Origin: Phoronis australis
Lineage: Eukaryota; Animalia; Phoronida
DNA: 64,000 bases
NCBI GenBank assembly: GCA_002633005.1
Contig: NMRA01000414.1
Location: 344,038 to 408,037, forward strand
Direction: 5' to 3'
The first letter of the stretch is position 1. Each line of letters opens with the position of its first letter. Of the stretch, positions 1 to 12,764 are shown piece by piece. The translations under genes and the position numbers were made by a program. The notes beneath the pieces are model-generated. The model was given only the letters and a program-made list of their open reading frames with translations, was not told the DNA's origin and made no database searches.

Positions 1-1323
1 TTCATTGTGTCTGTAAAACTTAGTGTTACCGTAAGTTGTGTGAAGGGAAGGAAGCATGGGAATAAAGAATGGCGTCAACTGCCCCAGCTGCAATATATTC
101 AAGCGGATAGTAAGTTTGTGTTTAAATAATAATGGTGTTATATGGGGAAACAGCTGTGTTACACCTCCCAGCTTTCTGCTCACCACGGTATTTTTTTACA
201 GTTTGTGGGACCCTTTCCTTGCCTTTCGTGATCCACGTTCTGTTTCCAGGGCCGGTGTGGAATTCAATGAAGAGGCTGGGGTTCACGAGCCTCGCGTCGG
301 GGGCGAAAATCAAAGTGGCGGCCTGGGACAAAACTGGTGCGACCAGTACGAGGGGGGTGGGGGTGGGTGGGGCAGAATTATGACGTCGGATTCAGGGTCA
401 AAGATGGTGAAGTCTGGGGAAGCAGAGTTTAAATTAACGTGTTTATGCCCCTCCCCCCAATAACTGCCTCCTCACGGACCTGGTTTCACGTTCATAAAAC
501 ATACCATAACAGTTGCTTATGCGCTACCTTAAAACGTTGTTCAGACAGTTTAAACAATGGGGAAGCGTTTCCTTATTATGTTCCAGAGATAAAAATAGGT
601 GACGGGTCACACGTAGGCCTTAAACTTGACAAGACGAGTAAGTACTGCTGCAGGACTATGGAATTAAAGCCAATCCGTGTTTACGTTTTCTATTTACATT
701 TTGCAACTGCTGGATTAGACTACGTGATATGCATGTGTGTATATTGTTTATTTCAGTAAACTAGACCGCCTGCCCTTCTCATAATAAGATACAAAATAAA
801 ATTAAGGCAGCAAGAGAGCAAATTAACCTATGTGGAAACTGAACACTCCTTTTAAATGGTAAATACACAACTTTAGTTCAGTTTTCCCTTCGCATCATGA
901 TTATAAATTTGTCTACACTTGGATGGGCCGTCTCTACCTGGGTGTGGGTTTTGACACCGTGATTAAGGACGTTTACGTCGGACACGAATTCGACACTCAA
1001 ACCGCGTTGTAACAAAAACACAATCAAAAGTACAAAGCGTAACCACTGCTTAAACCGATACGGGTGAACGAGAAATAATTATTGAAATATTCATACAAAA
1101 AAGAGAGTAACACTGTTAATACAATACAATAATATGGTACGTTACCGCCTCAGTTGAGGACATCCGATAATATAAGGAGATGGTAATATTGATACATATA
1201 GCAGTTGGTTGAAAATATAGATAACCAAACATACCGCTCTTACCGCATCTGATTTTTCAAAAAGTCCAGACACCAACCGTGTTATTCTTTTGGCCTAATG
1301 GAACGCTGTTATTTCGTTTCAGC

Positions 1324-3619
1324 ATGGAGTTGGTATGGCATGGCGAATTTGAGAAATTATTCCAGCAGTATTACCCTCATAGTTGGGCCCTCTGGCCTAC
1401 GTTCGAAGCTCCCAAAGACACTACATGGCGCATTTTCAAAGACAGTGCAAAAGTTAGATTTTCTTGTCAGGTAAGAGCGTTTTTCTAGCAGTGTTCCATG
1501 CTGGTATTTAATAATATTCTGCTGCTCCAGCGGTGGCGACGGCGGGATGATACTGGTTACGGTAGTAGTAGAAGAGAAATACCTTTATTTGAATATCACA
1601 AATTGCATGTGGAATAGAGGCAATTGAATATAATAGTACACGTGATTTACGATATTACATGAGACTTTTATGAAGTGCTTTCTGTAATAGCTGTAGTTGT
1701 AGTTGTAATAGGAATACTTATAGTAGTTACCGTAGTAATAGGGGTGGTAGTGGTTGTGATGATGATGGTAATAGTATTTGAAGTAATTGATGGTTAAAAA
1801 TTTTTAAAAAGACACCACATTGTTAGATGGTTGTCTAGGTTAGGATTTTGGGCATTATTAATCTCTGAACTTTCTACAAATTATCTCATCAATAGTTATT
1901 TTGTAGGCTAAGGTTATTTGGAAGAATGTTTTTTTGTGTCCCCAAAACAACATTATTCTTCTGGATAACCCAATACAGCTCTTTTTCAATTTAGATAAAT
2001 ACGTAGTTGTTTACATGACTTGATGACTCGTGCCAAGACTCGGTTGGCATCTATTGTTATGCTGAGCATAAACAGTAGGATTTTTTTCAAGCAGAAATAT
2101 TTTATGTGTTCATATACTAGCCTAATCCCAACCTTACGTACTGGTTTATTCATAGGGCTTACCATGGATATAAATAACTACTAAAATAAAAAGAATAACT
2201 CTAATCGTCAACATTGCTCTCCATGTGCACTGTTTTCTACAGCAATGTGGTCATGGATGGACTTCAATGAAAGGCCGGGTGATCTTCTGGTTCTACCTAA
2301 ACCCACTGACCAACCAAGGTGTGTGCATGTTCAAGTTATATGGACAACAGTGTCAGAGGTGTCAGAACGGTACATTCGAGTACGCCATGTGGTATCCCGA
2401 AGAAGTGGTCAAGGTAGGTCACGTGTAAGCTACCCAGTTGTCCGTCAGGAACTGCGACTGGTGCAAAGCATCCCTCCACGGCAGTTAAGGCTTGTTTACT
2501 GGAAGTCCAGATCCTCTCCAAACAGGACAGTTTTGTTTTTAACTGATTCTCTACCCGCGTCAGTATGCCAAGTGATAAAACTGGGGTATCTAAGGAGTCC
2601 CGAGGGGACACAACTAGTTTTCACTGTACAAATTATTGTGCCATTACGCTAAAACGACGGGTCCCGTTTCATTTGGTCATGTCTGGAGGGGCTGGGCTGG
2701 CCCCTCGGCCGCCTCCCAAATTCGTTAATGGTCTAACATGCACAAATGTGTCACAGTAAAAAATACTTGAGGACAAGCTTATAACTTGGAGTAGTATTGG
2801 TAATAACCACACTAGGTGGTTCTTTAGAGGCGAAAACTGAAGGATCCGTTGAGAAGCAAGGGAAATAAACATTTACGCACCCTCTTTTCAGTGTCTCCTA
2901 TACGGGCCTGCTAATGTATTGTCAAATGCTCATTTTCAGAAAAAAATCATGACAGTCACGTGGATCAGAGCCATAAGTCTGAACTATAAATAGCACAAGC
3001 CAGTCATTTGTCTTAAATATTGTGAATTTGCCACCGGCCCAGTTTTCACTTAAAAATACATCGAGAGTAAGGCCTAGCTGCTTTGGAAAAATGCTAAAAT
3101 GCTGAGATTTTTAAAACGGATAAATGTATATAACTGAAACAGTAATCAATGAAATAAATTTCCGAAGAATATAGTAGCACGCATCCATTTCAAACCTCCC
3201 CAATGCTAAAGAAGTCGCTGAAAAGAAATACCATTCAAATGCACAAAGTAAAATCATGTACATTGTGGGTCAAATCAGTTTTTTTTACAATATGAGCTTT
3301 GCTGCGTAGAACAAGGTCAAAAAGGAAGTGTTTTAAACAATAAAGTTTATTGGACTACAAATAACATGCGAGTTTCAATCCAGGGTCATTTGAAATAGAG
3401 ACACGCCCCTTTTGTGGGTTTGAAGATGAGATTTCACATTCTCTTTCACTACAGGTCATTGGAAATGTGTACAATAGAGTGGGACAAATCTATTATGGAT
3501 TCTATCGTCCACCGCTCAGAATTGACCGACGTGCCGGGAAACCAAGGAACCAGCATAACGCCTCGCTGTGCCAGGCATGCGCAGACGGGTGGTGCAAGGA
3601 AGAATGGACGTTCTCCTAG
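1324..3619 (+). CDS. zf-3CxxC domain protein (receptor-transporting protein RTP / ZAR1-related), ~160 aa, 3 coding exons
   Basis: Exons 1324-1470 (MELVWHGEFEKLF...AKVRFSCQ), 2243-2413 (QCGHGWTSMKGRVIFWF...KLYGQQCQRCQNG...WYPEEVVK) and 3455-3619 (VIGNVYNRVGQIYYG...QHNASLCQACADGWCKEEWTFS*). All junctions are GT-AG, phase 0. The pattern RFxCxxC..WTS / YGQxCxxC / HxxxLCxAC..G.C is the 3CxxC signature. An acceptor AG at 1321-1322 suggests an additional upstream exon. Confidence 0.88.
1540..1790. repeat. Low-complexity GTA/GTG/GAT trinucleotide tracts
   Basis: Read directly in intron 1 of the 3CxxC gene. Confidence 0.6.
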
Positions 3620-6600
3620 AGAAACGCATTTGTTGCCTGACTGAGGACTTTAATATTAAGTTATTAAAATATTTAATAATGTTGATTGTTACGCCGAACC
3701 AGGTGCAAATGTCTCTAAAATTTGTAGAGAGGTATACAATAAGTTATCATTCCATTCCACTCATAAAAACTTGTTATTGTCATAAAAAGACTTCCTGCAG
3801 TACTGATATGCTATTGCAATTACCAAACCAATCTCCAAAATCAGATACGACAAGAGCTATTCTCCTGACCCCATTGAGATTGCAGTAGGCCGAGATTTTA
3901 ATTCTTCTTGCTCAACTTTGAACTCTAGTCACTGTGGGGTCGGAAAGTTTTTCAAACTCCAGGGACCAAAATGGCGATACCATGCATGTGGTAACACCCT
4001 GTGGCAGACTTCTAAATAAGAGACACCTGCGTGTGGGCCTGACGCTTTTTCCTGAACACGTTTCGGTGTCATGTTAGTCAAATAACAGACGAGATTTCAT
4101 GATGATATCTGCCGAAAGTTCAGTACAGATCATACTGACCGCAATTCCAACAAATAATAGATCCTGGTCTGTTCCTGTCTGCCAAGCTCATCACAAAATG
4201 TGGACGCCTGAGTATATCACCTTTCTATTGTTCTTCGAGTCTAGTTTATCTTTTGAATCAACCACTTGACGACAAAACTTTACTCAGCATTGAACAAAGC
4301 ACTGAAGTTATCAAACGTTCCGTCTTTCGACAAGCAATAATGCCTAAAATCGATCATATCATTTTGACTATTTTATGACAAGACTGTTGTAATTAATATT
4401 TTTGTCATGGTAACGTCTTGTAGTGCTGTATGATTTTGTTTAATTTATCCATTATCACATTCCATGAAATTTTGTCAGCGGTGTCTGACTCTAAACTAGC
4501 TTATTCATATTTCATGCCTTTGAGACAAATGTGTTTGTAGAACATTCCTATATAATACTGATTCGATTTCTGCCTGATGCCCAGTAGGTCGCAATTCTCT
4601 TAGAACGAGTCTCGAGCATTCGTGACCTTCACTGTCTTCCAACTTCGTGGTATTCTTTGGCTGGTTGCATAAAACAGACCCAATTAATAGGGACCTAATT
4701 TTGTTTCATAAATTTTAAGCGCATTTGTGGACTTTGTGCACATTTTCTTTTCTTCTACTGTTTAATTTTCATTGCTACGCGGCGGCGTCAAGTTTTAGCT
4801 GTGATACCGGAAGTACGTTGATTTCTTAATGTTATAGCAAATGAATAGAGACGTATCCCTCCAATACCCTTAATTTCGGGCTTAGGGTCTATTTATTTTA
4901 ACTTGGCTCAGTTTCAGATGTATTATTAGAAAATGTCAACCAAGCGTACTCAACAAAGTTTAAAAGTCATCGGATAGGAAAACTCAAAATTAATCAATAA
5001 ACACAGTCTACAAATGCGCTGAAAATGTAAGGAACATAGTTGAGTCCGTATTGGGACTAGTGTTTCAAGCAAGCGGCCTTGATTGGTACCTACTTGATTT
5101 GGGAACCAAGGTTTCGAAAGACTGCGGAAAAACAGGATGGGAATCAAAATCACAGATCATTTTAGGTTTACAGATTTGTGGGATGTGGTAAACGGTCAGT
5201 CAAATAGACTGAAACCAGCCAATGAAACCAAAGAACATGCATCTACATTTGCAGTCAAAGATGGTCCTCAGGAAACGCATATATCCCACAATTTTCTTAC
5301 CGTAAAAATAACCATTATAGTCCAAAAGGCATATAGCCAAACTATGCATAGCCCATCTTTGTAAAATAATACATTAATTATACATCTCGTTTTATGACAC
5401 TATAGTCGCCTTTTTGCCATTTGGTAAGCAATATTGTGAAGTCCAGTTGGTTCACTGGGTTTGGCGGAGGTTAGTCGAGAACCTATTACGTCATTGAAAC
5501 ATTGAAAGTTTCAGCGACCTCGTTTTACTGATATTATACCTTGTGAGATATTGCAAGTAACTGCGATCAAGACTGAATAATGGGAGTATCGTTTGTGTGT
5601 TTATGCTGTGTGTGCATGACTGTTAGTATCAAGTCATTTCACAATTAATAATTGTTTTTCGTGCTTGTGCATATAGCTTTGTTACACTCAACCCGTGCAT
5701 TTCAATAAATTTGATTTCGCATCATTTAAATTCTTTGTTGCCGTGCTTCGAAGAGCGACATTCCTGCAGGGAGATGAACATTAACTGAACACTCCAGCAC
5801 ACGCAAAGGTATTTGACATCTGCCATGCACCCACACACGCCCGACTTCAAAACTCGCTTTGCCAAAATTCGTGCACAAGTGACATCGCGCCTTAGTTGTA
5901 ATCCTGTCATCACCTTTACCAAGATTTCTAGGGACGGACTCAAAACATTGTATTCTGGCTGGTGCATATTGTGTTGGTTTGAGGACGATGTCAAGAATGA
6001 ATTTGTATAAACACTAAAGTATTTGATGCAATAAATAAGTCCTGCATGGCTACGTAGGCCCCACTGGCCGGTATGCGTATTCAAGACAGAAAATACACAA
6101 ACAGCGGGCCGGCGCGCTGTTTAAAAATTGAAAATGCAACCCTAGATCCGTTATTGCCTGTGCAGAAATTTCCCGTGGAAGAGATTCCGCAGGCACCTGT
6201 GCCCGACAACAGCCATGGGGCAAACTGTTTTAAATAATCATATTACGCAAGTTTGTCAGACAGCCATTGAGAAGTAACATCTCATTAAAAACCGGTGTGG
6301 GCAAACATGGAAATTATCAACCTCTGAGTAAAGACACTGTCAACACGAGGAATGGCACGACACACAACTCAGCTTCCACAACATTCGTGGCCGGGTGTTA
6401 CATTTCGACCACAACGGCGGAACACCGCGCCCGTGCCGAGAAGACCATAGTGCCCGGGACTGGCTCCAGTAGAGCCTATGGCCATCCCATGGGCTCTCCA
6501 TACACCGGGGCTTGATTTCAGACAACATTATGTAACATAATTAGCATTTTGTTTCCAAACACGTTCAATATTCACTAGCACGCATGCACCCGACAACAGT

Positions 6601-8847
6601 CTGCTGTTGACTTTTTGATGAAGATCGGTGAAAATGCTGGGCATGATGATTACGGCCGTACCAATTTTTACAGTGAAACACGATAAACTGAAAGTTTACA
6701 TCAAGCAGTAAGAGAAACAAATTATTTGATTTTACGATATTCAGATAATTAATTGAAAATAACGATCGAGAACTGACAGCAGTGAACACCGTACAACAAC
6801 TCGATCCATGAGTTAGTCACGTCATTGCGGTCGGTGAGCAGGGAAGTGGCCTCGCGCCAACAGCCGAGAGAAAAGTGTGGACAGCAGGGTTGGTCGGTTC
6901 GCGAGCCAAGAAATGTACGCGAGACCTGAAAAGTGGAATTGGTACACAGTTCTGGGGAGTGCACAACATCCCCGTCATGGGTTGCACAATCTCAATAGTA
7001 ACTCCGGGCGAAGCTCCCCTATGGCTCTATACAACTGAGGCACTACGAGTGTACGTGCCTATCAACCACATTAGTTTGTTGGAAATCCATTGAAATGAAC
7101 ACCATCAGAACCACTCTGGTGACTACAGGAACGCATCCAAGGGGGGGGGGGGTCAGGGGTTTGGTTTCTTTTTATTGTTGTAATGAAGAAATATCAAGCA
7201 CTCGCGTTATGATTTTCCCTTGGTCGGGCCTTCATGGACAAAATCCTCAGGTGGGATCTGCAGCAGATTCATGTAGCGATGAATGCGACCTCAGTCCTTA
7301 AAAGCGACATAAAAGCGTTACGTAAATACTAACGAGTTCATACAAAAGACAAAGGACTTGAATAGAATATATACTATTCTGAATTACTGAATATAATATA
7401 TTTAAGTGTGTGTGTGCGTGTTTGCATGCGTGCTTATAACCTGCACGCCAACATGCGTGATTGCGTGCGTGTGTGCTCGTGTGTATGCATTGCATGTACG
7501 AATGTTCATGTGTATGATGTGTTTATAGGGTCCTAGGTTTCGACTGGCTCTATTATAAAAAATCTTAAAAAGAAACTAATTTATGTATTGTACGCAATCA
7601 ACGTACATACTTTCAAGGAGTTTCAACAGTGACACGATTTGGAAAGAACAACCATTCTCAATTTATTGCAATTAATAACGAGAAATCTTGGGGCTGGGCT
7701 CAAAACACAATACAATACCCAGTTCTTGCAAAAATCTGACATTGCTGTACTAGGAGATACTGCCTATGTCATTCCTCAGTTTCGTGTATCCCCACATTGC
7801 ATAATATGAACTAATTACATTGTGTACCAAGCTCCAGCACTTGTCTTTATTTTTGAACTATAGCTTAACCAGTTGCAATTCCTGCTGAAGTGTACTATGA
7901 CTGAACTTTTTATGTTTTTATTCAATTTTCTGATATTAATCTCTACAAGACCATCTCTAAGTTTAAACACCCACTTTTCACAATCATTAATTTATGCCGT
8001 TATTTTGAAAAAGAACAACCATAGCCCAATTATTCTGTGTATTTTCTAAGTATGTGATTTGAATATGAAGCCTGTAATACTGGCTTTTTGTGCTTTCCTC
8101 ACTGCCATGAGCCTGAGACATCTTACATCAACTGATGCCTGACACAAGATCAGGCTGCCGCCAGTTATAGTGTTTATCTACTAAGGCTATTTAAAACAAA
8201 TGGACTGTTGTGTTCAACAAAACTTGTCTCACAGTACAGTATTGAACAATGTTTATTAACTGAAAACAGAAACTAAAGACAAGCTTAACAATAACCAACA
8301 CAGGAAACGAATCAGACAAGTCAGAGAACTCTTTTCACTAGACTATAATCAACAGTAAACATCACACCTCTCAATCAATATTCATGGTTGTTCATCTGTT
8401 ACATCATCCACTCTCAATACAACAGTTCTGTGCCAGCACCAACAAACATTGATTTGCCATCCACGACTTACTGACAAACAGCAATGCAAGTCAATATTCA
8501 CCACCATATCCATTGGCTATGATCTATTGTTACATCACCACATACTGTTTATTCACAGTCAAGTGTAAGACTTGTAATGAGATAACCTTTTGTAGTTTCA
8601 ATAATTTAAAATATGATCTCTCACTAACCAAACACTGTTAAAAAAGTATAACACAGACCTGTTGTTCTTAACATTATGGATGCTCAATATTTATCATTAT
8701 GGCCACTTTATTCTTCCCAAGTCATTGTCAACACAATCTTATTTGACATGTATTGCCAACTACTGTCAAAGGGTCCATCACGTTACAACACATGGTCAAC
8801 TGACATCCTCCACAGACAGGCACCGTTAGTCCTCACCACTGCCATCA

Positions 8848-11800
8848 TCACTGGTCAATGATCACTTCATACATCTCTGCTGAGGTCACTTCTTCCCCGT
8901 CCACTGCTGGTATCAGAATCATCTCCTCGCCGCAAGGAATTTCAATCGTCTCCGCCACACTGGCGCACTCCTCGTGTTGGGATGATTCAGAACTAGACAC
9001 CGGTTCCACGACCAGGGAGTTGTCCGATAATCCAACGCCACCTATCCACTTCTGGTTCATGTGCTCCGTGAGAATGTGCACAGCCAGAGAGTGCTGTGAC
9101 AGGAACACCTAAAAAGGGATTAAAGTCTACATTACCCTGAATGTAAAAGGTCAAAGGCTACCAGATCAGGGACGACAAACAACTCAGAGTCAGGACTCCA
9201 AAACTACAGCGGCTGAATGTGCAAGCCCAACAGCCATTTGCTACAGACAAAGACCAAACACCATGTATTGAACTACTGTCATTCATCACAATGCCTGAGT
9301 ATTGTATTGACAAGTCAGCTTCTTTGTTCTCAAAACGACCACCATGCAATTTAGTTGGTAAACCAACCACTTAAGTTAACAGGGTTAGAAGTCTGGACAT
9401 TGAAAGCGTAAAATTTTTTTTTCTTACATATCGAATTGCACACTCATTAAAATTGAAATCATGTGAACACAGTTATCTGCTGAAATAATACGGCATAACC
9501 GCACGGAAATCAAGCCCTTCGAAAGAACTAATTCACTCGAATATTGACTTCTTACTATTTTGTCCCTCTGTAATACGCATTTTTGTGAACTCGTGAACTG
9601 AAGCATTCACTTTGCTGATTGGCTGGCATTCGGGTCACTACATGTCATTAGGTAAAAAACTGAGATTACAAGATGGCAGACGATTTGATGTGTCAGTTTT
9701 ACAGGAAGGTAAAAAGAGACGTATCCCTAAATATGTCAAGAGAATTTGATTTGTTTGGTTCCAACACACTGAACAAGTATTTCCCTCCCATTTTGTTGGT
9801 TTATGTTCATTTCACAAATTTGTGAAAAGGGCTCCGATGGCCCTTCAGCTATGTTCAAGAGCTGAGTGTTGGCTACATGCAATTATGCAATCCTTGCAAA
9901 GTTGTCAACTTGACAATAAAAACAAATATTTCAGTTACTTATTCATTTAATTCTATAACCGCTGCAGTTGCTAGATGGCACTAAATTTCCTTATCAGACT
10001 AAGCACAAAATAAGCCACTTCCTTCTGGTAACTATGCAACATGGAAAACAGCAAGTCAACATTCAGAACTATACAATAAGGTGACTATCAATATATGCTT
10101 TGAAGATCTCAAAACAGACCTTACCTGTTTACATTGGTCACAGGCTGCGGCAATGACAGTATTGCCACCTGTTGTCTCATCCGTGACATGTTCCTCCTGC
10201 AGCAGCTAGCAATAACAGGGAAACAGTAGACACATTGTTCATGCAAACAATTCAGTTTTACAATGCATACCTTTAAACTGAAAGAAACTTTCTTCCTGGT
10301 TGATCCATGTGTTAAACAAACATAATAGCAACATAAAGATTAACTGTATCACATATTCAAGAGTTTCCCTATTGTCTGTTAACTCCAAGGAGGGACTTTT
10401 CTTGTTGCTGTTGGGGTATTTTGGCAGGCACGGATTATTGTTATATAAATATACACCATTCAGGAAATACAAAGTATCATGAAGGAAAGAAATTGATAAT
10501 CATCAAATAGAAAATAAGAAAAACTTCGGAACAGTCATAACACTGTCATTCGAGTTCCCACTGGTAAAATAGGAGCTCGCATTGAACTTTAGTGTAAGTA
10601 AAACGTTAGTGTAATTGGCCAAGGTCTTATAGAATAAATTTGGAGCAGACTGACACCTTGAAGAGTAACATACGATTAACAAAAGGCAAAAATGTGCAGA
10701 ATGGTGATATTCCCCAACACAAAGTCACAATATTTACTTTACTTATTTTCAGTGATTTGCGGCGGATCATTTTTGCCACAAAACATGTTCTTAAAAACAT
10801 TCGGCAACTTTCAAGCCACTTCATATTCACATCGTCGCTATATGTTTGTGTTTCTAACTAATTTGGCCGAGCAATCACACAGATAAGCAATCAGCCTACA
10901 ATTTCCACTTTAAAACATCTTTTGATAACCACTGAGGCATTTCTGAACATTGTGAAAGAGTGAAAGTTAAGATAAGAGAAAACAATTAAGGCAGACACTA
11001 TCATAGTCAAATTTTGTACTTCTAGGATAGTTCTAATCTGTACCAGAGTAGCCTGGGTGCAGTGCCAACTAAGATTGCTTCAAGGTATTTGCCAGAATTT
11101 TGATGTGTCAAAAACCGAACTAAGCACCATCCAACGAGGCCTTTTAAGGCCCAGTTTAAAAAAAGGGAAATGCTTATTGAGATCTGACAAATATACATAT
11201 ATTGAGGAGTTAAAGGTCATAAATATGATCAGCCCTACTAAATATTGGAACATTACTTCCGAAAAACGACGCGACTCAATTGAACTCAAAACTGTATTCA
11301 TGGAAACTAATAGGTGGCAGTTTGAGAAAAATGAAAGGTGATCTGAGGTCAGTGCGGTGAATTCCATCCTACACGAAAAACGTCAAAGAATTCTATGACA
11401 AAGTGTTAATCACTTTCTACCCGATGCGTCCATGGGCACACTCGTCTAACTCACCGGTTGATCTTGTTGTCTCTCATGTTTCCTCTTGATATGGTTCATC
11501 AACAGGTATTTTGTGTTAAACCCATTACCGCAGTATGAACACCTTTCTTTCACACCTACAAGTAATCAAACTTATTGGCACATTGATGACCAGATGTGAC
11601 ATGCTAAGTGGCCTACCATCACTGTACCTGCAACTTGAGGGTCAAGCCACATGCACAGTATTTAGCCTCACAATGAATGGTCAATGGGTAAAAACTCACA
11701 TCCTTGTACACAGATTCGAAAAAAGCACGTGAGTCTCGACAGAGTGGAACACTTTCCATTTTAAAAAGGGAATTTCCACTCATTCCCTTTTTGTCCCTGA

Positions 11801-12693
11801 AAAGTTGCAGATTTTTTCTGCGCCCATATTTCCCATCATTTTGGCTTAAAAATTGACATATTCCATTACATTTCAGCTCTGTGTTGTTGGCGTTAGACAT
11901 GAGATTCCAAATTTGAGCAGGTCATTGTAACCAAGCCTGACACCGACACATGTCCTGAATGTAACACTGATTTTGAATCGCCTACTGTAGAGTCTTGCCC
12001 AGCTTTCCATGGGATAAGGAACAAGCACTTATTCGATGACACAATCGCACGCCTACAACATACAGTACTTGTCCATTTTCTTATACCAGTAATAGGCCTA
12101 ACTCAAAACCTGTCTTAAATATTATTGAACGAAGGGGTACATTTGGAGGTTTGGAGAACTGAGCAATGCAAGGGAAATCCAACTGACCCGCGTGTTTCAC
12201 CCTCAGATGGACTTCTAGTGACTTCTTCTGTACATACTCCTGGCCACATCGACCACACTTGTATGGCTTGACAGGGGCGTGGCAGAACATGTGAATGCGC
12301 AAGCTCTCCTTACGTTTCAGCGCCAGCCCACAGATTTCGCACTTGAATGCCTTGACATTTGAGTGTCTGATCATGTGATTCTGTAATGCAAACACCATCA
12401 ACGTACAACTGTTCAACACTGAGCAAGTGAAAGTGACAATAAAAACTTTTAATAGTTCTTCGCCTAATAGGTCCACAATTTATTTTGTTTTAAGATCTAA
12501 TAACAAAACCTTGAACTTTTAATAGTTCTTTGCCTAATATGTCCACAATTTATTTTGTTTGAAGGTCTAATAACAAAAGATTGAACTAAGTGTAACTAAC
12601 GTATACACCTCAGCACTCAATGTTTGTCTGCAAACAGAACAGCAAACCACGAGTAGACTATGTCCAAATTTCGCATAGATACATCTACAATCA

Positions 12694-12764
<71 letters not shown>

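Noticed and set aside
56-759. Overlapping short ORFs at the window start
   Set aside because: No recognisable domain and no splice link to the 3CxxC gene that I could support.
8820-8850. TGA-TGA after the zinc-finger CDS as readthrough or selenocysteine
   Set aside because: A further in-frame TGA follows within a few codons and no SECIS-like structure was recognised.
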